The notes under the pieces are model-generated. The model did no database searches, was not told where the DNA came from, and was given only the letters and a program-made list of their open reading frames with translations. A stretch of 63,610 nt of DNA, the filler included, from Collodictyon triciliatum (lineage: Eukaryota): NCBI GenBank assembly GCA_043381765.1. It is 4 parts of 4 records of this genome, joined end to end, with 100 filler letters (N's around TTAATTAATTAA, not from the genome) between each part and the next. Parts side by side here need not be neighbours in the genome. Positions count along the whole stretch, not along the records: positions 1 to 29,564 come from JBHJMP010000958.1; positions 29,665 to 44,676 come from JBHJMP010000959.1; positions 44,777 to 59,294 come from JBHJMP010000960.1; 1 more part is not named here. The stretch is one strand, 5' to 3'. This document shows positions 1-45,386 of the stretch, in pieces (position 1 is the stretch's first letter; the number at the start of each line of letters is the position of its first letter). Both the position numbers and the translations under genes were made by a program.

Positions 1-96
1 AACAAAAAACAAAAAACAAAAAACAAAAAACAAAAAACAAAAAACAAAAAACAAAAAACAAAAAAAAACAAAAAAAACAAAAAAAAAACAAAAAAA
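1..96. repeat. (CAAAAAA)n simple repeat
   Basis: Direct reading: tandem 7-mer degenerating into longer A runs at the window edge. Confidence 0.95.
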
Positions 97-887
97 TTAA
101 CAAAAGGTTCTAAATGTTAAAGTGGTAACTTAAAAGTGTCAGGTCAGATGCATAACCAGTCATGAACCAAACCAGGGTTGCAGTATATCCAACTTATCGA
201 CCTCTCCATTGATTCGCACTAAAACTGCTATGTTTGGTATGGAATAGATCCGACCCGTCTTTTCTTGACTCGGCCGTCGCTCAACCCTAAACCCCAAGAC
301 CAAACTCCAAAGCCAGTTTTCTTTAAAGAAACCTCTGCAGCAGGCACTTTTTACTTTAAGCTTTTGATCGACTTGACTGCCTGTCAAACAGATCGAGAAA
401 AGTCATTAATAAGAGGGCACCGTCAAGCGGTATTAGTTTGTCCTTTTCTTTTTCTTTTTCCGCTTCCTACTACACCAACTCTAGATATCACATTACCTCA
501 AACAAATACCGTGTTAGTCGAGCTTCAAATTGTGAAGAATTTCTGAAACTTATTTATGCCCGCATAAATTAACTACAACTGAATCTTTCTTCCGTTTCAA
601 TGACGGAACTCTGACTTTACCTTAAAAGAAAAAGAAAACAAAAAAACTAACCAATACTTCATCGTTCAAACTAACCCACAGCGTCTCTTCCTGGTTTTCC
701 CACCAGTAAGACTGAGCAACCATTGCTTACATTTTTATTTGGGTTTTGAATAGCATCCTATGGGAGATAATAATTACAATATCTTTCGAAACCATAAAAC
801 AGAATGCAGTCTTCAGAGCTTTTTTTTTCTTTAACTCGAACTATTTTCTACCAACATAGCCCCCGTTTTTGTGACCAACTACAATAA

Positions 888-29524
<28,637 letters not shown>

Positions 29525-29564
29525 GTTTCCGCCTTGACACTTCCCCCCCCCCCCCCCCCCCCCC

Positions 29565-29664
29565 NNNNNNNNNNNNNNNNNNNNNNNNNNNNNNNNNNNN
29601 NNNNNNNNTTAATTAATTAANNNNNNNNNNNNNNNNNNNNNNNNNNNNNNNNNNNNNNNNNNNN
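29565..29664. other. Artificial contig spacer 44N-TTAATTAATTAA-44N
   Basis: An identical 100-nt construct occurs three times; the 12-mer places stops in all six frames. Confidence 0.97.
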
Positions 29665-30343
29665 TTACAAAACTACCGAGGTCTCAATTTTAGTAAAACT
29701 TTAGTCAATCAGTCAATCTAATAAAAAAAAAACTGCACAAAATCAATTTATGTAAAATTAAGCATCTACTAAGACTCTCAAAGCGCGCATCGTGGAAAAC
29801 AAACACACAAACATTTATTTTTTTTGTAAGTGATTTGAGACAAAACGCTGTGATCTGACTCGGCTAGTTCGACAGGACGACCGTATACCGATTGCAGCTG
29901 AAAGTCAACATATCGGCCCAACCAACATGATTGCCGCCACAAGTGTGGTAGTACGCTTATTTGACATGCATGTTTGGTGGCAGGTTTATAGGCTGATTTC
30001 TGTCTGGGCTAAGGCAAGGGCTTGTTTGTAATCTTGAATTTTTGAATTTTTAAATTTATTTACATATATGGAAAATAAAATATAAGCTCATTATAGATAT
30101 AGAATGGGATTTTAAGTATTTTCAGCCTTAATATATATATATAAATAGATATCAATTATTATAATTATAAATGCTTTCTTGTATTTTTCCCAAAGCTTAT
30201 CTGAATGGCAATTTGAGTCGGAGTTTGACCAAAAATCGAGCAATCTACAAACAGCACGCAACCAATCAGAACTCTCGGGCGCACATTATGTGATCTCCAG
30301 CTGCAAAATGAATAACAATGATTAACATGGACGATAATCACAG

Positions 30344-32800
30344 ATGGAGAGCGAATGCAACTGCCCGATCTGCCATAAAACCTTCAAAGATACCGCAAAA
30401 CTCCCATGCGGACACGTTTTCTGCTGCGATTGTGTTTCAATGACTGAGAGACTCGCCCAAAAAGCGGGTGCAAATCCCGAGTGTCCTGTTTGCCAAGGCG
30501 AGTTCACTGCAGCTTCGGAAGAAACGCCGCACCAGAGCTCTGTATACCACGATGAACTCGTTTATCGAAGAGATCCAAAGAAAAAGGAGGAGTGTGAGTA
30601 CTGTAAGAACGAGCCGTCTTTGGCTTGTGAAGATAACTGTGGTTTGGTTTGTGAAGAGTGTCAAGAAAATCACCACTCCAAGATGAGGAAAACAGCACAC
30701 CATAAAGTTATGTGAGTGATTTCTTTGTCTCTTCTGCCTTTATATATCTTCTATTGGATTTTTAAGGACTAAGTTATTATCCACTACAACCTCTTTTATA
30801 TTTACACGGACGAATTTCATTCTGACTCGTGTATATTCTCCTCTCACACGCCGAAAGCTCTCCCCTCGAAGCTGGAAATAAGCACAGGGTGAATCTGAGT
30901 GAATATATCCTACATAAGCTCCCGATTATTTCAATGTGCAACCAATGCTGGCCTGTGACTGAAATGTGCCCCATGTGTGAGAACGTCGATTGGAAGGCAA
31001 CCAAGACACATGAATACGTTGATGTGAAAAAAATTGAGCGTGGAGCAATCGAAAGCAAAGAGCTTCTTGATAAGGCTGAAAAGAAAATCACCGAGATGGG
31101 CGAAAAGAAGGAAAAAGTCGAGAATGAGATGAAGAGGGTTGTTTTTAATTCCCATAAATTAATATATGTATATACATTTGTGACGTTATCTGCATTAGAT
31201 TGATCAAGAGGAACAAGAGCAGCTAGCTAAAATTAACAATATGTACGAAGATATTGTGCAGAAAGCGACGGAATTGAAGGAGAAGCTCACTGATTTCGTA
31301 CTCTCCTTTTTAATGAATCACATATCTACCACGAAGAACTAATGCTTTTTATTTCTTTCATATGGATATAACTTAGGTGACAGCAGCTTTTCTGCCGCAA
31401 CACAATCTCATCGAATACATGCGTCATCGTATAGAGGCATCTGAGAGCATTTTAAAACACTCAATCGAGATGCTAGCAGAGTCCCAAGAAATATACGAGC
31501 GAGAATCCATCGTAACGAAGCTGTACAAGAGCGCAATATTCGCCAGTAAGGCTGTCCAAATCGAAATCGAGGATATGCCCATCGTAGATCTAGTGGAATT
31601 GACGCAACACATCCAAATTGATGGAGATGTTCTAGTAGATGGAGATGGGGCACATGTTTTAAAAGAGGCTTATGCAACGTGTGTGTCGAATGTCGAAAAC
31701 TTGAGAAAAGAAAACGATGCCTGGCAAGCTCAGGCGGAGGAGAAAGAAGCAGCGATGAAAACCGCAGACGAGAGAATCAAACAGCTGGAAGAAGAAATCG
31801 CAGAGAACCAAAAAGAAAAGGATATGATTTCCAAGATGGAGAGAGAGAAAGAGGAGGAAAGGGCGATGAAAGAGAGCACCGGAGTCGATTTATATAAAAA
31901 AATATGGGGGTGTGGCATCAAGGAATACGTGTTTCGAAATAAAATTGGGTCACAAGGGAATGGAAATTTACAGTTTAATAGTCCTTGGGGACTTGCAGTT
32001 CATCCAAAGACAAAACAGATATTTGTTGCTGAATATTCCAATCACCGTGTTCAAGTGCTTAACGAAGATTTGACTTTCGCTCGTACATTTGGTAGTAACG
32101 GCTCAAACTCGGGCCAATTCAATAGTCCCACTGGAATCGCTATCTCACCAGATGGACGAATTGCTGTTGCTGAGATTGGTGGCAACATTCGAGTGCAAAT
32201 ATTTGATGAAAACTGCAATTTCATTGATGCAATACAATCAGGACGTAAGAAGAACCTGAAATGTCCACAGGTGAATGATTTTGATGGATTTTCGAGTCCG
32301 TACTTCCTTTGCTTTGACGGCGAGGGCAATCTTTACGTTGCAAATTACAGTAGAAGTCGGGTGGATAAATTCAACAAATCGTTTGAATACGAATTCTCTT
32401 TCGCTCAATCGTCTCTCGGCGAATTCGGTATTTCATCACCCTACGGAATTTGTGTTACTTCAAAGAACGAAGTATGCGTATTCGCAAATGGGGGTGATAA
32501 AATTAACATTTATGATACGTACGGGCGATTTATGAGAACCTTAAAAATTCCAAAGGTATCGGGCAACATATCGATTGCAGAAGGTCCAAACAACACGATT
32601 CTCGTTAGTGACTATAATAATCATCAAATCCGCGCCTATGACTAGGAAGTGCTGACCTTGTTCACACATTCGGGCCATCGCAGTCATCTAACGACGGCAG
32701 TTTTAATTACCCAAGAGGAATATGCTTTGATGCAAATCAGAAACTCTACGTGTGTGATTGCAGCAATCACCGCATCCAGGTGTTCTACAAAGCAGAGTGA
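30344..32800 (+). CDS. TRIM-NHL-like protein (RING, B-box, degenerate second B-box, coiled coil, 6 NHL repeats); frameshift at about 32642
   Basis: Exons 30344-30711, 30858-31137, 31199-31297, 31377-32645. C3HC4 RING CPIC..LPCGHVFCCDC..CPVC; B-box CEYC..C..C...CEEC...H..H; NHL repeats such as FNSPWGLAV...VAEYSNHRVQV. The sixth repeat continues in the -1 frame to TGA 32798-32800. Confidence 0.88.
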
Positions 32801-33356
32801 AAACAGTGCGAAAATTGCAAGAGACGGAAGAGGGAAAAAATGCCTTAAGGAAACTCCGGTCAAATAAAAACAAAAATCATATCCTCTACCAATCTAGCCA
32901 CCCAAAGCCAGCCGGCTTTTACTTAAAATATAAAAATAATGGAAAGGTAGATTAAAAAATTATCAAACAACCCATGTTATGAAGTGGATGAGGCTAAGTA
33001 TGATATGGGTTATCACTAATATATTGAATTTATATAAATATCTTATGCAGTTTTCGTCTTATGAAACTCATATCAAACAAAGCAAATTATTTTCCAGATA
33101 GAGATAAAACTGTTGCCAACGGTCTTCTGATGTGGAAGATCAAAACCAAACGAAAGTCACGAATCAGAATCCATTCAACGCAGTTATTACCTAAGCCGAA
33201 GAAGCAGCACTAAGATCAGCCAGCGACGAAGAACAATGCTGGCAAAAGACGCAAACTCACATAGTAAAAAGAACTTCACAGTAACAGGACTCTCAGAACG
33301 CGACAGAAGGAAAAACTCCCAAAAAAAAAAACTCAGACCTTCACAAGCGAAAGAAA

Positions 33357-34286
33357 ATGGCACAACCCGCAGCTGAAGCCGGCACCGATCTCCGCAAGGG
33401 ACTGACATATCCTCTGGTTCGGGTAAGACATCTTATATTCCACTGGTAGGGAATGGTAGAGTTTCGCGATCACATCGATAGCAGAGTAATGGTCTTGGTT
33501 TCTATGCTCTGTACGAGTTGCCTCCGTCCTACAAACTGTGCCAAAGCACACGATTCCCCGCAGCTTCTTTCATGACTTTTCCCCCCTGTGCTCATTGCCC
33601 CGCTCGCTCAGCATTTGCCTTCAATTTTCCCATCGACTTTTCATCTGACAATCATATTATAAACCAACATACACTCATTTTCCTGTGTAGTTTACAGACA
33701 TGAACGAGGAAATGAGGATCGAGTCCATCGAATACGTCGTCACAGGCGTTGAAAAGTTTTCCAAAAACTACGAGGTGAAAAGGAGTGGCCCAAATCACAT
33801 GAATACATGCAAAGCAAATTTCCTCTTCCTCCCACATTTTTGTACAAGAATTCTTTTAATCATATGTATGGTGTTCTCTATTCAACCGATGCTCATATAC
33901 TGACCCCAATCTTAACATGCTACCCTCCCAACAGAGCGCAGCGAAGCTAGTCAAGGAAAGCATGGATAGGTAATCCTCCTCGTGCTACTTTGGCCAGCAA
34001 ACAAAAACAAACCAGCAGAAAACAAAACAAAACAAAACAAAAAAAAACACGTCAAATCCACCAGACAATCATAAGTTCGTCAATGTATCTTTCCTTTCAC
34101 ACTTCCACACCCAATCCCAAGCTAAGAACACACCCGCGCATGTTTTCTCATCGCCACAGACGATACGGCGCATCATGGAACTGCATCATCGGGGAAGGCT
34201 TTGGGTTCGAAGTAGCGTACGAGAGCAAGAACATCCTCTACATGTTTTCTGGCAACGTGGCCATCCTCGTCTACAAAAACCCGTAA
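33357..34286 (+). CDS. DNAL4: Axonemal dynein light chain 4 (LC10, LC8 family), 4 exons
   Basis: Spliced product MAQPAAEAGTDLRKGLTYPLVR-FTDMNEEMRIESIEYVVTGVEKFSKNYE-SAAKLVKESMDR-RYGASWNCIIGEGFGFEVAYESKNILYMFSGNVAILVYKNP*. It matches the DNAL4-type motifs PLVR.DM.EEMR and GEGFGFE. Confidence 0.92.
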
Positions 34287-34778
34287 ATAAAGCGACATGA
34301 GCACAAAATCCACAAGCAACGGGCTGAAAAGAAAAGAAAACGAAGATGAAAGAAGCCCCGAATTCAGTTCTCCATGCCTAATTAGACATGAATAACCAGA
34401 GACACGCGCACAACGCGATGGGTCACGTGCGCTCTTGCACAAGTCCCCCAAACAGAGAGCAGAAAAGCAACACACAAATAACAATACATACATTGGCAAC
34501 AGAGGAGCGTGCTAATGCGGGCACGTGCGAAATAACAATTGCGTATGGCTTATAGTGTGTGCCTTCTTCGCTTCGTGAAACTCTCCATATGTCAGCTCGT
34601 GAATGTGATAAATCACGGACAAAGGAACAACTCCCAGAGGCAAAGCAAGAGACGTGACTCCTGGGCCGAAAGGACAAAGACTTTCTGGCGTGAGCGGAGC
34701 AAAGATTCGTGGGGAAAGACTGCGGGACACTGCCTCACCATGGGGGTGCCTAATTGTACATTCGTCCAACCATAGAGA

Positions 34779-39528
<4,750 letters not shown>

Positions 39529-40685
39529 AACCACACGCACACACGATTACGCACGGAGACTGATGCAGACGGAAACAGCACAAGGAAGCCTTCGATATTG
39601 CAACGCTTTGCCCTTGCTGGTTGCTGAACTTCGCCTGGTTGATTCGTTGCCCACCTATCTGTTATTTTTATCTCCCTTTCCTTCTCATTCTATCACACAC
39701 CATGTGTTGTGGATACAAACTCGCCGTCCACCACATTATTCTTTAAACAAAAGCATTCACTCAAAACATAAACACACGCAAAGTTAAGCAGCAGACAACA
39801 AAGCTCTCCGCTTTTCATGGTGCCGTTTGGGTTTTCAACCAGCCTCATCTTTTGGCAGCACCAGAGAAGGCCGATGACATACAAATCCCTGTCAAAACTG
39901 CATATGGTATGGCTTCGTAGCCATGCTTCCACCACAGATCTTTCAGAGAAGAATCAGCGCGCTTTGTGACTTGCCTGGCTCTGTTTCCAAGGAGACAAGT
40001 CGCCAGCAATCGAGCGAGGGGTTTCGTCCAGGCTGCTGCTGAGACGTGTGCCTTGGAGAGATATTGAATTATGGGGATGAACAGAGTAAATGCCAAAGTA
40101 TTTTCCTTGTGGCGTCCTCTTCCCATGCTCTGCGTTTGATTAGGCTCTCTTTGCTGAGAGTGTTGGTTGCCTCGCTATTCTATGCTTTTCTTCTGTTTAT
40201 TTACTTTGTGAGAGAAAAGAAGGAAAAGTGGCAAGCTGGTTGAGGAGCCCATGATCTGCTGTCTTGTGAATGTAATTGTTTCTCACGTGACCTCTTGTGT
40301 GTTAGGAATGAGCCAGGAGTCATCGCTGCACACTTTCACAGCATTCCCCACCATCCAAGAGGAGAAAGAGGAAGAGGGAGAGGGAGAACGAGGTTTTTTT
40401 CTTTTTTGTTCATTCATATATACTTCCCCCCTGCAGTTCTATTTCATTTAGGTTGATCCAGGTTCATTTATTATTTGAGAGGTATACATTATCATGAGAG
40501 TATCATTTGTACATCGATTTCGCCTTTCGTAACATTCATACATAACCATTCTTGCTTCGTCCTCTGATTCTTCGTTTTTTCCCTCTCTTTATTCTCTATT
40601 TATTTCCCCACTGAATCATGGGACATGTGCAGATTGTAAGAAGGATACTCACTCCACGCAACTGCGATCTTCTCTGACACTGGAT

Positions 40686-43600
40686 ATGTCGTTGAGCCTG
40701 GCGAACATGGGCGAGCCGCGTAGCCGCCGAGGAACACCGGTGCGCCACTCGTTGACCGGAATCGAAGACGAAGCCTGCTTTCGAAACATCATCCAAAAGG
40801 CTTATGATGAAAAGGAGGAGTCCTTGAAAACCCAAGAAACGAATCCACGAAATATCCTCCCGTTCAGTAACTTGCGTAGGAAAGATGGTGGTAATGTTGC
40901 AATTGTGGGTGAGGATAATCAAGAGGATGATATGGATGATATGGATGACATGGAACTTCCGGTTGAACAAAATCCGCTAGTAGCAGATGGTGAGATAGGC
41001 CATGAAAATGACGAAGACGGATCTAATACGATTTGGAGTGAGCCCCCGAAGGCGATGGAGAGAAGAGCCAAGGCTATATCAGACTCAAGAGTAGCATATA
41101 CACGAAAGTTGGGTCGAACATCCTATGGAAATCCAGAGCCATCACCACAAGTGGAGTTAATTTTGTAGAATTGAATCACTGCGATGAACAACGATGATGA
41201 TATTTCTTGTTTTATTTTGGAAATAAACCAATGCCGACTGCTCATAAAACGGCAAGGTATTTGCCCGAAGTACTGAATCGCCTCATTCTTATGACAGGTT
41301 CAAGAAAAGCCTGAGGTAGATGCGTCCCTGCCAACACCGACAGTGGAAGTAAAGCTCCTTTATGGAAATGAAAATGAATGAATTATTTTTCTTTATTGAT
41401 ACACATGTTTCCCTCGTTTTAGAGTTCGGTGGAGCAAATACATACTCTGATTGAAGGAATGAGCTTGGAGAGCTTGCGTTTATTCGTCAAGAATCAAGGT
41501 ATTGAACTATTTCCAATCATGTTGAAAAAATCTGTGAGTTTCTGATCGATTGTATACCCAGTGATGCAAATTGACCAGTACGAGCGTAAAATATTTGCTG
41601 GTCAAGAAGAGCGTTTGCTAAATCTTGACTCCATCGGCGGAGTAGTCATAATGGCGGGTTGGATGTATAAAAAAGGACAGATATTGAAAAAATGGATTAG
41701 GTGAGCCAAAATGAGAAATCTTTAATGCGTTTCATTTACATGGGTTTCATGAGTTGTTTGCTGCATCTATACTAAAAGGATAATTAAAAAAAAATAGGCG
41801 TTTCATCACAATGAAAGGCTCCTATCTAAATTTTCATGATGCTCCGAATCTACCCGTGAAAAGCCACATCAATCTCGAATATTGCATCGTAGATATCAAG
41901 AAAAAAGCAACTGGAGATGTAGCATTAGCTTTCTTTATTCATATTTTGAAATAGAAAAATTAGAAAGTATCAAATTGTTTCATATGTCCACATATTCTGT
42001 TGAGAAATTACAAAATTATAATAATACTTATTCTAACTCTAATGATGATGATGATGATGATGATAGTAATAATAATACTTATTCTAACTCTAAATCTAAT
42101 AGTAATAATAATATTAATAATAATAATAATAATCAAAAGCTGGAAAGTTAATATTTACATGAAACAGTACATTCACTTGAAGCACGATGGGACAGTCACA
42201 AAGCTGCGTGCAGAAGCTCCTGACACAAATCGTGATTGGATAATGTCCATCGGCTCGCAAATATCATTATTGTGTTTGGATTGTTTAAAAATATGTTTAA
42301 ATTTTTTTATTATTGATACCATGACATAGTACATATTGGATTATAACTCATTCTATCACACATTAGTTTAATTTCTTAAAGAATTTTTCTTTTATATGCA
42401 GCATATCTTCATAAACTTAGAATGATCAAGCTTCCTCCTGACCCACGAGTTATCAGATATTTCCAAAAGCCATATTCTAACCAACTTTTACTAGGTAAAT
42501 GAAACTGACCTACTTGGGCAATACTCTTACTTCATATCTCAATATGCTCATATTTGATTCATTACACATTTAAGATGGCCATCCCATTCACGTGGAAGCT
42601 CTTGTCGCGTTAAGAAGTCCCTTTGCGAATACCTGTTTCCTACAAACAATAAGTATCTGCAAAGCATGTAATTATTGCATTAAAGAACTATAATGGATAC
42701 TCTTGTTTATGGCAGAAAAGATAATAGTACATATTTATGGATATCCTGATACCCTATCATGAATAACCGATCGGTTCATAGTTATGGATGATATATCTAT
42801 GCAAGCATTATGCGAGGCCATTCAGTTTAACGAAAGTATATCTGCTATATACCTGGAGGAAAATGAGATCACTGACGACGGGATAGTTCCTTTTGCCAAG
42901 GTTAGTGTGTTGCTGAATAACGAATCGAACTTCCAGATTGCTAACATAAAGGAAAAAAAATAGGTTGTCGAAAGTCGCAAAAACTTGATTTCGATATCTC
43001 TGCGCAAAAACTCGATTGGGGATGTAGGCTTTGTTGCTATGGTCAGCTCGATATCCAAAAATAAGTAAGACTGCTCCGCAACTTCAGAACATTATATGTG
43101 TTGCGATTTGTAAGTGCCAGACGATAATTTTATCACATTATAAGGTCCATCACCGAACTTGAATTTAGTGGAAATCAGATAACTTACAAAGGTCTAAAGG
43201 AAGCCTTCGAATTTATATCAGAAAAGTAAGTTGTTGTATTTTTTTTTTTAAAAAAAAAAAACTATCAAGAGGGGTATGAAAAAGATATATCATCCACCTT
43301 GCCCATTGCAGAAAACACTCGTTTCGACTTCATAAATTGTCCTTGGCTGACAATAAGATTGGGAGTGAGGTACGATGTCTCTTTTGAACTATAATTCAAT
43401 CTATTCGTATTAACAAAAACGAAATGGAGGAAGACCTATAGCATAAGCATTTTTAGTGTCATTTTTGGTTGATATTCTCTAATCGCATACTCCATCCAAG
43501 GGGCTCAAATGGTTTCTGAGCATCTTGTCAGAGGAAAGTTGCCAAGTAACAGACTTGAATTTATCGTACAACATGATAGGTTAGTTCAAGTTTTCAAACA

Positions 43601-44093
43601 AATTGCCAATTTCAGTCCATCCTTCTTTTCCTCTTCACGCTCTTGTTCTTGTTCTTGCTCGTGTTCGTGTTCTTGTTTTTTGAGTGTGGTTATTCAAGAA
43701 AAATCCTAACTATCGCTTGTGGCTCGACTTTTACTGCTGATAGAGGATGCGGGTGCTATTGCCTTGGCCAACTTTTTGCCCTTTTCAAAAATCGTCAACT
43801 TGATACTCTTCAATAACAAGATATCGAGGTTGGGTGCATGTCACTTGCTCAGAGCATTCAAGGTTAGATTTATCCACGAACTTTGACCACCTGAATATTC
43901 ATAGACATGTCCATTTACATGATTTTTCTCGTGTTTTCTTCCATTTTTTTTTGTTTTTGTACTCTTTTTGGTTTTTGTTTGGTTTGTTCTTTTGTTCGTT
44001 CGTTTGTTCGTTTGTTTTTTGTCTGGTACCACAAGACACTCCAGAATATCCCACCGAAGTTCAGCAAGTATTTTTCGAAGCTAAACAAACCTT

Positions 44094-44150
<57 letters not shown>

Positions 44151-44388
44151 GCAGGCATCGACAAACGCTGTCATGCTTGATTTGACGGAAAACGACATCC
44201 ACACGGAGGACTTTGGGTGGATATGCAACTTTGAGAAAAACCACGAGCCTTCGACAGAGCAGAACAGAGTACACGCCACCGAGCCTGGCATCACGCCGGT
44301 GCGGAATTTTGTGATGAGATCATCGCAGCTCAAATTCACAAAGGATTATGTCAAGCTTTCTCCCAAGGCTGTCGCGAAGCAGTCGTAG
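40686..44388 (+). CDS. PH domain plus RI-like leucine-rich repeat protein, about 15 exons
   Basis: An acidic disordered N-terminus is followed by a PH core (MAGWMYKKGQILKKWIRRFITMKGSYLNF...LRAEAPDTNRDWIMSI). RI-type LRRs follow: IYLEENEITDDG, ISLRKNSIGDVG, LEFSGNQIT, LSLADNKIGSEG, LNLSYNMIEDAG, LILFNNKISRLG. Start codon uncertain. Confidence 0.85.
44096..44149. repeat. (CA)n microsatellite directly before a splice acceptor
   Basis: Direct reading. Confidence 0.97.
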
Positions 44389-44436
44389 CAGTGCGCGCGC
44401 GCCTTGAATAAACCTGTACATCACACGTCTGCGTTG

Positions 44437-44549
<113 letters not shown>

Positions 44550-44551
44550 TT

Positions 44552-44661
44552 TAATAGGCGCTTATCGAAGTATCACGTATTTGTATAAACTCTCTTTCAT
44601 TATCAGTATCATGTAGTATTCGGTAGCCTAGCTCGCGTTCTATCTTTTTGTCAACTAAAGC
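44552..44661 (-). mobile_element. 110-bp interspersed repeat, copy 2
   Basis: 106 of 110 nt identical to 37931-38040, with the same boundaries and a long (TAA)n tail on the minus strand. Confidence 0.65.
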
Positions 44662-44676
44662 TTTTTTTTTTTTATT

Positions 44677-44776
44677 NNNNNNNNNNNNNNNNNNNNNNNN
44701 NNNNNNNNNNNNNNNNNNNNTTAATTAATTAANNNNNNNNNNNNNNNNNNNNNNNNNNNNNNNNNNNNNNNNNNNN
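44677..44776. other. Artificial contig spacer 44N-TTAATTAATTAA-44N
   Basis: Same construct as 29565-29664. Confidence 0.97.

Positions 44777-44871
<95 letters not shown>
44777..44871. repeat. (TAT)n microsatellite at a contig start
   Basis: Direct reading. Confidence 0.96.
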
Positions 44872-44873
<2 letters not shown>

Positions 44874-45386
44874 TGGTCATACTTTCTCTTGGCAGGTCGG
44901 TGCAGTTGTAAATGATGGTGGAAATGTAAAAACTATTCAATCACAGATGCCATCGAGAGAGAATCATCATTTCTGTCTAAACATTAGTATCTGTTTGTTC
45001 ATTCCTCTTGATTCTAGTCTGATTCTGACCGGGAGGTATGAGATATATATATATATATAGATAAAGAGAAGGATATAGATAAAGATAAAGATATAGATAT
45101 GAATATGAATAGAGATGGAGATATATATGGATGTAATGTGTGAGAGCATCACAGTTTCTTACTTGGATCACTGGGTCACTGATATCTTCCCACGCCTTCT
45201 GAAAGCCAAGAAGCACAACTGATCACATCTCTTGTGTTCTTCTAAGCATACGCGCGCACACATATAATCACATCGCCTTTCGCTTCTTTCTTCGCCACTC
45301 GCTAAGCACACTCACAAAAGTAACAAAAGACTGTACTCCGCATAAACACAGAACCCGGTATACTCTTCTGCCCAACTTTAGTCTCA

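Noticed and set aside
29609-29620. Palindromic TTAATTAATTAA recurring three times
   Set aside because: Always centred in 44N flanks; it is a six-frame stop linker added during assembly, not biology.
32643-32645. TAG read-through or an alternative genetic code in the TRIM-NHL gene
   Set aside because: The conserved continuation is in a different frame, and TAA and TAG end other well-supported genes in the window normally.
39845-40260. Possible small minus-strand spliced gene between FTHFS and the PH-LRR gene
   Set aside because: Plausible splice sites and a 93-aa ORF, but no consistent start or recognisable homology.
44872-45230. Exon-like segments on the minus strand upstream of the Roco gene
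   Set aside because: Short, truncated by the contig end, and no start codon or family could be established.
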